DNA of 60,872 nt, filler included, from Sphacelaria rigidula (taxonomy: Eukaryota), in NCBI GenBank assembly GCA_964200075.2. It is 10 parts of 10 records of this genome, joined end to end, with 100 filler letters (N's around TTAATTAATTAA, not from the genome) between each part and the next. Parts side by side here need not be neighbours in the genome. Positions count along the whole stretch, not along the records: positions 12,197 to 18,194 come from CAXNAA020022920.1; positions 18,295 to 24,292 come from CAXNAA020022921.1; positions 24,393 to 30,389 come from CAXNAA020022922.1; 7 more parts are not named here. One strand, written 5' to 3'. The notes below the pieces were generated by a model, which ran no database searches, was not told where the DNA came from, and saw nothing but the letters and a program-made list of their open reading frames with translations. Of this stretch, positions 12,958-25,801 are shown piece by piece (position 1 is the stretch's first letter; each line of letters starts with the position of its first letter). The translations under genes were made by a program, and so were the position numbers.

Positions 12958-13315
12958 CCGGTCGCCCAGATGGTCAAGTTGGTAACCTCGGAACCGCCTT
13001 CTGACAGTTGGGTCGTGGGTTCGCATTTCGGTGCAGTCACACGATTTGGTTTCTTGTCTTCACGTTGTACCCAGCAACAGTGGAGTGCGACGATGTCGTG
13101 AGTACACAAACTCGACTTTACGGTCGAGGAGGGAAGGGGGCTGCTGAACCTCTCTCGCGAAAAGAATAAGGCAAGCACCTCAGAAGGAAAGTGGAGTACT
13201 AAAACAAAATGAAACAATCTCCGGTGTTGGCCTTCCTCCTGTGTAACCCCCGCTACTGCGCCCACAATTACCGAAAGGTGTAGACTGGTGTCCCGAATAA
13301 ATGGGATAGCAACAC
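12958..13315 (+). mobile_element. tRNA-derived SINE, family 1
   Basis: Degenerate Pol III A box TGGTCAAGTTGG and B box GGTTCGCATTT; body aligns with four other copies. Confidence 0.85.
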
Positions 13316-14841
13316 TCCCCTCCCCCGAGGTCCCGACACTCGGGGCACCTATCGCGTGACCTTATTTGGCGAGTGGGAAAAAGGCCACCGACGACATCAA
13401 AAGCAAAATCGACGGATCGTTCGTGACGGCATACACGGACATTGTGGGCATTGCAATGGCGCAGTGAAGCAACATCTTTGTTACTTTCTGTATTTCAGTA
13501 TTCCGTTCAAAGTTCACGTGCTGCTGCCGGTGGACCAATAGAGAAGATCAGGCAAAAAAACAATAACGCGTAGTCTGCGGCGCAAAACAGCAACAAAGTG
13601 GCATCACAATGGACACGCTCACCCGCCCACCCGCCCACCTACCAGACCCATGCCCCGAGCGTACCACTACAGTACATCTACACCGCTACCGCTGCGTGGT
13701 AGCCTTCTAGATCTACACGACTATATAGGGGAAACACGCAAGGAGGGTCACCCGATCTCAACATCCCGAAGAGCACACACACACGCACGAAAGAGCTGCA
13801 TGCTTCAAACTCAGTTGGCTCTGACACGCCCGAGAGTTGTTTACATCGATTCGCACTAGCCTCCGCTCGTCGAAGAGCCGATGGGGTCGTTCTGAAGGTT
13901 TTCGCTGCTGCTGCTGCTGCGGCTGCGGCTGCTGCTGCTGCTTTGCTCTGGAGGGCTAACAAACCCTGGTGTGTTCCTGGCTGTTTTCTACGGGTCCATG
14001 ACGGGGAGAGGTGCAGCCCTTCAACTCGATGGTTGACGCCCAAGCACTGAAGGGCGTGTGTACGAGCTAGAGAGGCAGGCAGGATACAAGTGGTACGGAA
14101 TTCTCTGTGTGGGCAAGAAAGCAAGTAGAACAGAGAGATGGACACATAGGTGACAGGAAGTTTTCCGATAAGCCATAAAAAAACAGGAACGCCAGGGAGG
14201 AATTTTATCAGTTCTTTTTTTACCGATCGAAAGATGGGCCCTATTTTTATCCCTCTAACTTTCTGCTTTCCGTTTGGTGGGAAAACACGACAAGGCATGT
14301 TCCCCATGTCGTCTCTTGCTTTCACTCCAGAGTACCCTCTCCCGCTCCCCGGGCGATCCATAGACTTTACGTTGCTCACAGTAGAAACATTCGTCCCTGC
14401 CAGCTGCAATGTACCACGCGCATACATACACACGCACACACAAGTGCACGGCTCCTGCCTGACCTACGATGCCCACGGTAGCACCTCCACGAATATAAAC
14501 AAATATGCGTCGCGTAGCAGTACATGGCGGGATTACAGCAGGAACAACAAGAGCAGCAGCAACAACAAAAACAACACAGAATAGTCTAGGAGTACACAAA
14601 ATAATTCGTGGGAAACATACACTCATTTTCGTCGACTGCTTGAGTGCGATGAGACGACAACAAAAATCTTGCTTCCATCATGTACTACAGTATACAGTGC
14701 CCGCCACGTCCTCATCCACATCAAACAAATCTGCTACAATATGCATTGACTATTTCTCGTTCACCGTAATCAACTTACTCTTCTAGTACAACCACGCGCA
14801 TTCATGTTCACTCTATGGTCCACAGAGGTCAGAAGCCTCGG

Positions 14842-14943
14842 TCAAAACGTTGCAACGATGAGCGCTAAGCAACTGGCGGTAATGAGGTGAGCTACCAGCT
14901 TTTTCTTGTCGCTCCACACCTCCCACGCGGGTTCCCCTTCCAC
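14842..14943 (-). CDS. Probable last exon of the Gly/Ser/His-rich protein (VEGEPAWEVWSDKKKLVAHLITASCLALIVATF*)
   Basis: Pyrimidine-rich acceptor TTCTTTGCCCCTGAATCAG; phase 0 matches the previous exon. The 3' end is uncertain because a weak donor may lie at 14896. Confidence 0.55.
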   Translation of the reverse strand: MEGEPAWEVWSDKKKLVAHLITASCLALIVATF

Positions 14944-15670
14944 CTGATTCAGGGGCAAAGAAGAAAGAGAAACAAGGGGAACGGGGCAACACACCAGAGA
15001 CGTACATCTAAACAGGACTAAAAAGACATACTACCATTACCACCACCACTACCACGACGACTACTAATACCGCTACTACTAGTAGTACTACTAGTACTGG
15101 GCGGTCTAACTATTCAGGGGTGTTTCAGGGTTTTTCTCGCGTGCTACACTTCGATATAACTCGAAATTCCCAGCGTCTGTAGATTTTGATATAACAAACA
15201 GATCATCCTCGAAACACAGTACCCAGGTCGGTGTGAGTTGGTGTTGACGGGCGATACGAGTAAATACCCCGTTTATCATGAGGGTGTTACTGACAGTGAA
15301 ACACAGTTTATTGGCTCTAGTGCAATGAGTAAATGGAAGTTCAAAAAAATAAAACTGTACATTTCTTCAAAAATATGATCGTCATAGGCTCGATCGACAG
15401 AAAATACCGAGCAGTAAGAATTTGGGCTGAAACGTGGCAGGACCCCCGATGAATGGTCAGCCCGTGAGTCACTCAATATTGAGTACAGATGTTTTTTTGC
15501 TTGGAATGTGGAACGGATACAAATACCTTCAGATTCCCACTGTGATAAGCGGTGGCAAGCGAAAAGAGCCCAAGAAAATCGCCAGTTACGAAAAAATCAC
15601 AAAATACCACAAAATGAATAGTTAGACCATCCACTACCGTACTACTACTACACAAGAAGAGAGGACACAC

Positions 15671-16843
15671 CTTGCCCGCCGGCCAGTTTGCCCTCGCGGC
15701 CTCATACCCCGCGACCAGCGTAACTCCCGCCGCGGCGGCGGCCGCCGCCCTCCTGTCACCGACGCTGTGGAAGCTGGCTCCCAACGCCGCAGTGTCGTGA
15801 TGGCTGCTGCCGTAACTAAACACGCTCCTCGATTCGTTGACCGTTGCGGGGCTGGGAGCCGCTGGCATCGCACCAATGCTCGACAGCGCACGCTTGACCT
15901 CGCCAAGCATCGAGCCGTTGTCCGCCCCGTCGTTTTCCCGCCCCATCTCTCCTGCCCCATCGCCGCCCTGATGTCCATCACTAGAATGATGTGACCAGGG
16001 CAGTACCAGTCCACTCGGTCTACCCGGAGTGCTCGCCGCAGTGTTGCCAGCGGCTGCGCTTGCCACCGTGCTCCCGTGGCCGCTGCCACCTCCGCTACCC
16101 CCCCGAACCGATCCGTGCCCGCTGTCACCCCCGGTCAGAGCCATTGTCGTCATCATGCGGCCTACGTGGTCGAGGAACCCCTCCGGCTCCTTGTCGACCC
16201 CCTCCTTTCCACCACCTTCCCCGTGATCATGGGTACATGAGTCCACCGTGGCGGTGGCAACGGCGGGGCTCGGGGGAGCGCCGTGCGAGCTACTGCCGCC
16301 GTTGCCACCCATACTTGCTCCGGACAGCGCGCGATTGATCTGCTTCCCCAGGTCGCCCAAGAGATTGCTGCCGCCGTCTCCATCTCCTCCTGTCGGAGGG
16401 TGCCCGCTGCCCCACGCCATCTCGCCGTTTTCGGGAATGGCAGATCCGTGCAAGCTCCCGATGCCTACGGCCGAGTGCCGGCTGCCTCCCGCGCTACCGG
16501 GACCCGACCCCCGACGAAGGGGCGGGCCCATGAGAGAGAGCGTAGGGAAGTAATTGCCATGGCCACTGCCGCTGCCGCTGCCGTGGGCGCTGCCGCTGCC
16601 GTGGCCACTTCCGTTGGTGATGCTGCCATGTGCACTGCCTGTCAGCGATCCGTGCGCGCTCCCACCCCCGCCTGCTCCTACCGCGTCTCCGTTGTCGCTC
16701 TGGTTGTCGATGGCGGTAGAGATCGCACTAACAATTTTGTCACGCAGACTCACGCTGTGCGAATCCGCCGACGCCGTCGACGCCCTATCATCGCCGTCGT
16801 CTTCTTCCGGGCCCTCTGCCCGTCCCTTCGAGCTAAGTGCATC
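15671..16843 (-). CDS. Large internal exon (391 codons) of an unknown Gly/Ser/His-rich disordered protein
   Basis: Open, GC-rich frame inside ORF 15473-16867; acceptor TGCAG|GAT, donor AAG|GTGTGT, phase 0 at both ends. Confidence 0.85.
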
Positions 16844-17259
16844 CTGCATGTCGCACACACCGAACATACCACGGATGTTACGGCAGCGGGGCCGGCGGAG
16901 GGCAGAGGGAGAGGGGAGGGGGGGAATCTACAACTTACAACGTAGCATTGCCGTGTGCACAAGTGTCGACAAAAATGTCAGACCTCTGGGTGAGACCGAC
17001 AAAAGCAAATCTTCAACTAGGGGTGATTGGGAGAGAAACAGATAGGCTACAGTTGAACTTCGCCAGTGAGCTAATGACTGTCGCTGCGGTGGAAATAACG
17101 GTAACCGTACCGGAGCTACGTACGCGCGATGTCTACAGCTAATTCAACGTTTTGCTAAGGAAGTTCCCGCAACAAAACAAAAAGAAAGGCAAAAACGCTG
17201 AACGCCGTTCCTTGTCGCTTCTTCAGCTGTATCTTCAACGGCTCGACACAAGACTTCTT

Positions 17260-17367
17260 TATTATTTATATTTTTATTATTTGTTTTTAGTTGTCGCGCT
17301 TTGAAACCCTCCCCTTTTTCGGGATGAGTCCGTGGTGTCAGGGAATCAACCCATCTCTCCCCCGGTA
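17260..17367 (-). mobile_element. SINE family 2 / LINE-type 3' fragment with A-rich tail
   Basis: Reverse complement matches 49879-49961; the same fragment is at 30277-30370. Confidence 0.65.
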
Positions 17368-17429
17368 GGACATATATAGGAATTAATATATTCGTTCCTG
17401 CGGCTGGTCGGCGGGCTGGTGAGGTTCAC

Positions 17430-17618
17430 CTTGCTCGGCTTTCTGCCCGTCCGGGGGCTGACTGCTCCCACAGGAGCGTTCGACGACAGCGCTGCTGCTG
17501 ATGTCGCGGCCGTGAGGGGCGTACTAGCCGAGGGCGAAGCTGACGCCATTGCCATGACGTCAGACGCAACATATGACAGGCTGTTCGTCAGCCGCCGCGC
17601 GGTGAAGCGCGCCTTAGA
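17430..17618 (-). CDS. Internal exon (63 codons, SKARFTARRLTNSLSY...GRKPSK) upstream of the large exon
   Basis: Acceptor CATCAG|TCT, donor AAG|GTGAAC, phase 0; joins in frame to 16843. Confidence 0.7.
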
Positions 17619-17689
17619 CTGATGCCGATGAGCCATCAATCGATCGTATAGGGAGGAGGAGGAGAAAAGACGGAGAGAGAGAAGCGCGC

Positions 17690-18180
17690 GGGGGGTAGGG
17701 CGCGGGAGGGGGGGAGTAATCATGATCTTGCATGCCATACTCATCAGGCCATTGGCCTCGCATCCCCACGAAGCCGGGACGGAGCGCGCTGAGTTTTCGC
17801 CGGATCAGGCTCGCACTCAATCACCGAGCGCAAAGCGCCGTGGTGTGTTCGCGAGTAGCATGACGGGTGAGCTGCACCCTGCTAAGATTGTTCGGCCCGA
17901 AGCCTACTGATTTCTCTTGCATTTGGATGACAGCTTCCAATGAGTTGCTCTATTTTCTGGCATCGCCACTTCCTGAGACAGCCACAGCTTATATACTGCC
18001 TCATGAGTGCCTCACCGTTTAACACCCTGCGTAGTATGATCGTCCTCTTTGTGCGGAGTTGAGCTTCTCCCATCACGCACAACACGATCTAGTTCGACTA
18101 CCATCATGGTTACCGCAAAAAAAAACGCAAGCGCGAAAAACAAAACGGTAACCTGGTTGCCTAGCTGACGCAGTGAGTGG
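17690..18180 (-). mobile_element. Non-autonomous retroposon family B (~460 bp) with C-rich tail
   Basis: Pieces recur at 5530-5570, 18295-18370, 54537-54776 and 55630-55732. It ends ...CAAGATCATGATT then CTCCCCCCCTCCCC. Confidence 0.7.
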
Positions 18181-18194
18181 GTAGGGGAGTTGGG

Positions 18195-18294
18195 NNNNNN
18201 NNNNNNNNNNNNNNNNNNNNNNNNNNNNNNNNNNNNNNTTAATTAATTAANNNNNNNNNNNNNNNNNNNNNNNNNNNNNNNNNNNNNNNNNNNN
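18195..18294. other. Artificial contig linker
   Basis: N44-TTAATTAATTAA-N44. Confidence 0.99.
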
Positions 18295-18381
18295 AGTTGC
18301 TTTATTCTGTGGTATCGTCACTTCCAGAGACAGCCATAGCTTTTACACTGCCTCATGGGTGTCTAACTGACGGGGGGGGGG
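18295..18381 (-). mobile_element. 5'-truncated family B fragment, preceded by C10 on its own strand
   Basis: Aligns to about 17943-18015; G10 at 18372-18381. Confidence 0.65.
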
Positions 18382-18892
18382 ATTCCTGTGAACGGAGTAA
18401 TCGGTAGGGTCGATAAAGCTGCATCCACGACATCTTGGTAGCGCATTTGTGCCATGTGTTTTGATCGTTACCCGCGCCGGAATTTACCATCAAATTTGGC
18501 GCGTCGAGGACACCCGTCAGTATGCGGCTTGTTGTCGAAGGTGTAGATGTGCCTACCCCCTCTCCTCTAGCTACTTGACAATTATACTACCTTATACCAA
18601 AATCCGATCGGTGGTCAGCCGTGTCCTCTGACGGACTATCGCAGTCGTTTCCATCGAACTGATCCATCAGTCCACAGAATAAGAAACACCAGGTTTGGGC
18701 AGAGTTTATTTGCAATACTGGTGCTGCGCGAGCCAGGCGTCAACATTTCGCGGTATACATACATATATTTCGCTACATGAGACATTGAATACACACTTGT
18801 TTTCATTCAATATCTTACACAATGTGATATACAAGGACGGGAATACCGTCTGTAGCAACGATACCAACCCGAACCAACCAAATCAAACACAC

Positions 18893-19132
18893 CTGACCCT
18901 GAGCGCCAGTTTTTTGCCAGTCCAATAGCCGAGATATACGCCGCCGAAAACCCTTCCACGAGGAGGCCTTGGCGCCGTCACATTCTTCCCCTCCCACAGA
19001 ACCAACACCACTGCCACCAGGCGGCGACGAAGATGTTGAAGGCGGCGGGTAAGGCTCGAAGCCACGGCCCGAAGGTTTCTCTCGGAACGCCGCCTCCGGA
19101 TCGAACTTGAAATCTACACACACGGCCCGCGC
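18893..19132 (-). CDS. Orphan internal exon (80 codons, ARAVCVDFKFDPEAAFREKP...WQKTGAQGQ), unknown protein
   Basis: Acceptor TATCAACAG|GCG, donor CAG|GTGTGT; open GC-rich frame. It is on a different contig from the 14.8-17.6 kb gene. Confidence 0.65.
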
Positions 19133-21568
19133 CTGTTGATAATTAGAAAAAAACGAAAACGCAGGGGCGTGGTATGCTCGGTTTATTTTTGATCGTTAGA
19201 AAAAAAAACACAAACACACGCAAAAAACAAACAAGAAAATATTGGCAGAAGCGGCAGGCTCCAAACCCTGTCATTTCTGTTTTTGTGTTGTCTCCATTAT
19301 TGATCATCATGATAGAGACAATAACGACGCTTATGACGATAATAACGACAATGCGAAGTAAATGATGACAGCACGCAAGGGACCCGCGAATGGAGATCCA
19401 GGACGGTGGGTATGCCGACGCTAGCTTCTCACTGCGTGAGGTGCCACGGGACGTGTAGTACGTCTCGTGGGCAGGAACTGAACAGGTCTTACAGTCGGGG
19501 GGCGGCGAAGGGCTTCTTTTACCCGGAACAAGTACGACAATTACCCGGATAGGGATGGACAACGACGTTCAAGACGAGATAGAAGCTGGGCCGCCGAAGA
19601 TGCGAACAGGATTATCGGGCCGTATCGTGTTTCTCAATTTTGAGTCGTTTCTATGTTTTTTTTTCACGATATACACTAGGTATGTGCGGAGACCTTTAAC
19701 TTTCCTCTTTTCTACATTTTTTTTCCTTTACTCGCGATTTAATTTAAAAAACAAAAACTGTCTTGAAGTTTTCCATGACCGACAACGTGCGAAAAAAAAT
19801 GAGTAAAGGGGGGAAGATGAGGTGTTCGCACATACGTCTTGCCACACTTTGTCATCTTAACGGGAAACGACTAAAAATTGAACAGCGAAATCGCGTTTTT
19901 ATCTCGGAAACCGGTTCCCATGTGGAAACGGACCATCCAAGATGTGAACAGAAATATTTGAGGGGCTGTTTGATTTCGACTCGTTTTCCATAAAAAGTTG
20001 ACACAACGTACATGAGGTATGTGCAAAGTCTCCCCTGACTCCTTTTCTTTTAGTGAGTTTTTGACGTATTTTCGCCGAAAACATTTGTTCCGAAATTCAT
20101 GACACAAATAGTTCAAGGGGAAAAGTAGGGGCTTCGCACATACTTCATGTACATCGTGTCAGAATTTCATTGAAAACAACTTGAAATTCAACAGCGCAAC
20201 CGCATTTTTCTGTCGAAAACCGGTTGACTTGCGTTTAGAGTACAATAACCGCAGCCATACCTTTGACGTTCTCTACAAGTTTTCTCCACCCATTGCTCAT
20301 CGGTTCGCACAAAACTACCAGACGCCTTGATACGCTGGGGGCCTCGTGTGCGTACCTTCCTAGACACTGCGCGCCTACAGTACGACATGCATTGTAGTAC
20401 AACCACAACTTGTGCGGCAACACAACTTGCGGCAGCGGCACAATCGACTCTAGCCGAAAATTCTGTTTCGGCCGATTCCCCCCCCCCCCCCTAACTCCGC
20501 CTCATATGTCAACTCCAACCCTCTACATTTTCGCAGGTGGTTACAGTTTGGTGTTTAGTTTCATGGGAACTTGTTGGATCGCAGTGTCAAATAGAGAGAT
20601 GCGCGTCGATCTGTCGATTACCACGATGTGTCATAGCAGGCATAGCTCGCGGTACATTGTGAGTTGCTCAAGGAAAGTCAGTTCCTCCCGCGGCCCAGCT
20701 TGTGGTCAGTTAGGGCTTGTAGGTAGCCATCTCGAATATCGAGATGTGGATATAGAGATGTAATAATGACGGGAAAAAATGATGAATGATAATGGGGTGG
20801 GCGCGGACTGAGCTTGTAGAGGCGGAACGTCTCTTGCACTGCGGAATATCTTGAATTCTCTACTTCTTTCGCCTGTGCCCACTCCAATGATGATAATAAC
20901 GACAGTCATATGATGATTAGTGGTGAGCCGTGGCTGACGCGCGTGGCAGCAGTGTCGCAGGTATCAGCGCCACGGGTCTCGCACGCGTAGAGGCTTCGAA
21001 CAAATGATGAATAGAAAGAATTGAGTCTGACGGCAACCATAAAGTCATGAGCGTAAGTAGATGAAGACTTCCAACCCCACGGCTAACCGTAACCACTACG
21101 AAAGAAGCAAGGAAGCCTGACCGTGTTGGCACCAAACCGGCAGCGCTACATTCATACAGGATCTATCCCAAAGAAGCGAGCACCAAACTACGTAGAATGA
21201 CGCCCCGTCGCTCGTCTAACCCCCCACCGGATGTAGAATAACGAAGTCAAAGGGTATCGATTCCTAGCTCGTCGATCCTCGACGGCAGTAGTGAGGCGTC
21301 GATTGCCTGTATCGCGTGGGCAACACACACTGGCCGTACACATCAAGTCGAGAGCGGATCTCATCGTTTGAAGGCCATGACGGCTTGTTCCTGGCGCGTG
21401 TCGACGGCATACCCGTTCGTCGTTGAGGGTGTTCGCTGCGTTCACATTGTTCTGTTGAAACGCCTGGGGGCAGCCATTCACCATGTTTTCGAGCCCCGCT
21501 GGCCTATCGGAACCGTTATAGTTGGGACACATCCCTCTGTCGCGGTTTCGTGTGGACGTGGTGGACAC

Positions 21569-21905
21569 CAGGATAAAAAAAACTCCACGAGGGCCTGCGC
21601 TGGCGCAGATTATAAGGGAAAAGTGGCCGATGCGCAGCTGTTGGGAGTTTTCTCTCTGCTGCTTGCCGCAAGAAAAAAAATTGCGGCCGTCATTTTTTCG
21701 CCAGAGACCAATTTGATTTTTGTTTGTTTGTTTTTTGGGGGGGGGTTTCGCCGCGAGGCCCATACCATCGAAATTTGACAAAATCTAGGCGTCTTCTTGA
21801 AAGGAAAACCCCCCAAAAAATCGCTCCGCGAGGCCCTTCCAGGGGGCCCCTGCGGGGGGCCGCATGTCGCCTTCGGCTCCCGCCTGCGGAGTTTTTCTAA
21901 CCCTG
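21569..21905. mobile_element. hAT-type MITE, 337 bp, 8-bp TSD
   Basis: Ends CAGGATAAAAAAACTCC and GGAGTTTTTCTAACCCTG; flanks GTGGACAC and GTGGGCAC (7 of 8 match). Confidence 0.8.
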
Positions 21906-22890
21906 GTGGGCACCACTCTTCCCTTACGAAAACATAGTGAAACACATTGTGAACAACCCATGTCGTCAGGCCTTACCTTGCCGCTTTCTGATTTATTTCC
22001 TTAGGGCGTGTCTTCAGCCATTCATATTAAGGTGACGACCCATCAGATCGTTTTACTTTTATACCCACCACACGTCTGCTGAGCCCCTCCTCCTAGGCGG
22101 GTTTTCATCGAAAGTAATCGTCACTTTTCAAACGATCACTTTTGGAAATTGAAAATGGATTGCCCCAAGAACGACCAGTTTTCAGTCTCATTGAGAAGCA
22201 GTTTTGTCCAAAAAATAGGGTTGTATAGTACACCAACTATTAACCAAGGGTTCGATTATTGATCAAAAGTTGATCGAATCAACTTGCTATTGATTGTTGG
22301 TTATTGATGGGACAGGGTTGATTCGTTGATTATTCAACTTGTTATTGATTGATAATGGATCAATTTGTGTCAATTTGTTCCTTGTTTATCGAAATAAAAG
22401 GCGCGTGTGCATCGTGTAACGCCACCTTGTTGCCTGCTGCGCGGGGAAGCAAACGGTGAATTCATAGTAGTCAAGACGACGGCACACGGCTACAGCAAAA
22501 ACCACACGACATTATTTTCACACACCAGTGGTGGCACACAAGAGACCGAATGCCACACACCACAGCAATCAGGCAGTACGCAAGGGCTACACGCAACTCG
22601 ACAACATGAGTGGTGCGGTCAGTCGTGGTACAGGTGCTGCACCCGCCTCCGGGACTGCCGCATCGGTGTGTTCTCTCTCACTTGACAACGGTCAAGCTGG
22701 AAGTACAGCCGATTCTGCCCCGGTGGTGGCACTGGTCATTTTGGTTTAAGGGGTAGCATGTCTTCAAACCCTGCTTGCAGGGCACCGGACGGAAAGGAAA
22801 TATAACATTCTGGCATGCATATCGTTTATGACGTGGGTGTTCCATCTCTGACGACGGTTGATGGGTAGTGGGTAGGACGGAACCGCATCG

Positions 22891-23260
22891 ATGGCTCAGT
22901 TGGTAACCTCGAAACTTCCTGACGGTTGGGTCGCGGGTTCTCAATTATCGGAGCGATCTGGGATTTTTTCTCACACCATGCCCAACAGTGACGAGGCACT
23001 ATGTCGTGGGTACACAATATTCGACTCAACGGTCGACAAGGGGAAGCGGCTGCTGAACCCCTCTTGCGAAAAAAATAAAGGCAAGCACCGCAGAAGGAAG
23101 GTGGAGTACTAAAACAACAAAAACAAATGAAGAAAAAACTCTCGTGCTGATCTTCCTCCTGTGTGACTCCGGCTGGTGCGCCAACACATACCGAAAGGTC
23201 TAGACCAGCGTCCAGAATAGATGGGATGACGACACAACACACACACACACACACTCACAC
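22891..23260 (+). mobile_element. tRNA-derived SINE, family 1
   Basis: A box TGGCTCAGTTGG, conserved body, (CA)n tail. Confidence 0.85.
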
Positions 23261-24292
23261 CCGCGAGGTGGAGTGCTGTATATCGACATGTCCGATGCTG
23301 AGGATACCTCACCACCAAATAAGGACACTAATGCATGATGTCTCAAGTAAACGTCCTGTTAATACCAGTACATCACAAGTGGTGTCTACTGATGTGGCTG
23401 TAGCAATACACAGTACGATGCCGCTGTCATGCGCGTGTGCAGAAAATTAACTGGCCGTAAAATATCGTCTCATTGAGGCTCATTTGCTGCTTCGACACTT
23501 GCAAAATAATCAACTCTTCATGATAATAATAGTTTATTTAACCATGTGATAGACAACCCCAGTTGAATATACTCATATACTCATGTGATGAATCAAGCAG
23601 ATTTTGGACAGGTGATCAAATATTCAAACCAACCCATTTTTGAGTTGGTCTACAACCCGACCCCAGATCGCAGCCCAGATTTGCACACAGATTCAGAAAT
23701 GCGGCGGTTCTGGCAAGGGTCGTTACTTCAACATCTCTGTATTGCTGCAGACCGCCCGGCGTACATCTGCCGGTGCGGGCAGGCTAGAAACGTGCTCGCA
23801 GAGTAGAACCAGTTACATGAGAAATTTGTGCAGACCCGCCGGTCCAACCAGCATTTTTGAATCCACCCGCGCACGAAAGAGCCAGCATGAAACTTACAAC
23901 TCGGGAAGCGGAGCTTTCTCTGCGGCAAACCTCAGGTAAAGCATGAAAGTATAATGAGTTCCCTGGTGTTTACTCAACGCCGCCCTTCACCGAAAAGGGA
24001 ACTGCGTCGTCGTCCGGGAGCGTGTTGCGAGGCAGTAAGGCACATGTACGTCATTAATACCCGTATTCCGTGCGTATGCAGTTCATTTGTCCGCATTTGT
24101 CTCGATTTCAGAGTGGTGTGCTGACCTGCACATGCATATGGGCGACACTGACGAGAAAAATCAAGCGTGGGAGTTCCCAGCTGCTCGGTGTGCTCGGATT
24201 TGGTCATTTTAAACGGCATGTAGATTGTGCCTGCTTGAACCATCCATTTTCCTGGGGGGGGGGGGGGGGTGGACCCATGTTCATGCTTCCCC

Positions 24293-24392
24293 NNNNNNNN
24301 NNNNNNNNNNNNNNNNNNNNNNNNNNNNNNNNNNNNTTAATTAATTAANNNNNNNNNNNNNNNNNNNNNNNNNNNNNNNNNNNNNNNNNNNN
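24293..24392. other. Artificial contig linker
   Basis: N44-TTAATTAATTAA-N44. Confidence 0.99.
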
Positions 24393-25384
24393 CGTGTCCC
24401 TCTAATTACTTGATTAAAGTATACTTTGGGTGTTTTTGCGGTTCTTTTAGGCTTACATGAGCAGTTCTACTGCAATCTCGTCGAGTTTGGTCGTGAAAAT
24501 TTGCACGGATGTTGATTGGACCCCCCCGAGGAGAAAGATTTTTTTTTTGTGTATGCTGCTTTTTGACCGATTTCATGGGGTCCCGAAACAGGGTGACCTG
24601 TTCCCTCCGCCAGGTGCAGGCGATCATTTGAGACAGCACGCGCTGAGAGCACCAAACTTGCGAATCAGGCCATGAGAAATCGTAGGAACGTCAATTGGTA
24701 TCCCCCGGTCTCTTTCCGCACACCCGCCGCTCCCTTGCGGGTGTGTACCAAGCACCGCAGCTCCTACTTTCGTGTGCGCACATGCTGCATGACGTTGATT
24801 GTTGACACTTTACGCTTGGCAGCTGGTGTATTGACATCTACGGGTTGTAGTGGGGTCGCCATCGTGTTTCTAGTTGCGGACCGCTGTGCTGGTGTGCAGG
24901 TGTGTTGCTGAGAACAAAAATCAAACAATACCTAACGGCTGCGCCGTGTTTGAAAAAACAGCGGCGAAATTACCAAAATGCGGCGTAACTGGCCATTTTT
25001 CAAGGCTTCTGATTGACTGATACTATTTTTCGTCCGTAGCGCCAAGCTCACCGCCGAACTCGAAAATCTAGCCATGTCACCCTCTTCATCTTCTCCTGGG
25101 CTTTCCTACGATACCAAAATTGTCCATATTGATCAAGAATTGCGTACGGGAATTCCCGGGGTGTAAATTTTGTGCGTTCAATCTGAACCAGCTTATATCG
25201 GACGTAGCTCACATGTACATGTTTGACTACAAGTGAGCTACCGCCCGCAGATGAGCTAGCTCATGAGCTGTCCTACGTGTGAACGATTATGTACCATTTA
25301 ACTGGTTAGTGAGTGCGCTGTGCGTAAGCTTTCAACTCGTAAATAGTTGGGCAAACCATTTCCGACCTCTACTTTTGGGACGTT

Positions 25385-25756
25385 TGACCCACTTATTGAC
25401 CCTCGAACAGGGAAAATCGCCAACACAAGTCTTGGACACTTTGCATTACCCCACAGAGAGGAGCCTAGCCCACTTGTCATATTCGCTCGGCTCCAAGGTT
25501 TCGAGAGTGATCACTGAACAATAATCCGTGTGCAATAAAATCTACGGCGATCTCAACAGATTTTTGAGCAAACTGCCGTGTGTTGGCAAGCACAGCTCAT
25601 TACACACGTGTTATTTTTCAGCGGCAAATCTCCAAACCTCGGAGCCAAGCGAATCTGAAAAGTAGCCTAGGCTCCTTCCTCTCTGTGGAGTGACGCAAAG
25701 TGTCCGCGACGTGTATTGGCGATTTTTCCTGTTTGGGGGATCAAAAAGTGGGCCAA
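25385..25756. repeat. Foldback pair (~125-bp inverted arms) of a MITE-internal sequence
   Basis: 25385-25506 is an imperfect reverse complement of 25629-25756; the same sequence is at 42702-42830. Confidence 0.7.
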
Positions 25757-25801
25757 GAATCCGTTTGCCGTAACGTCCGGCCTAAAGACACGCCCTTTGC
25801 A

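Noticed and set aside
13678..14439. 253-aa minus-strand ORF with poly-Ala as a further exon of the Gly-rich gene
   Set aside because: Most of the ORF is intron-like. A possible acceptor near 14047 exists, but there is no good donor or homology, and the GCA repeat may be 3' UTR.
16283..17045. Long plus-strand ORFs over the Gly-rich exon
   Set aside because: Antisense shadows of a GC-rich coding exon; the splice signals support only the minus strand.
17430..19132. Joining exon 18893-19132 to exon 17430-17618 as one gene (same strand, compatible phase)
   Set aside because: They lie on different length-sorted contigs separated by an artificial linker.
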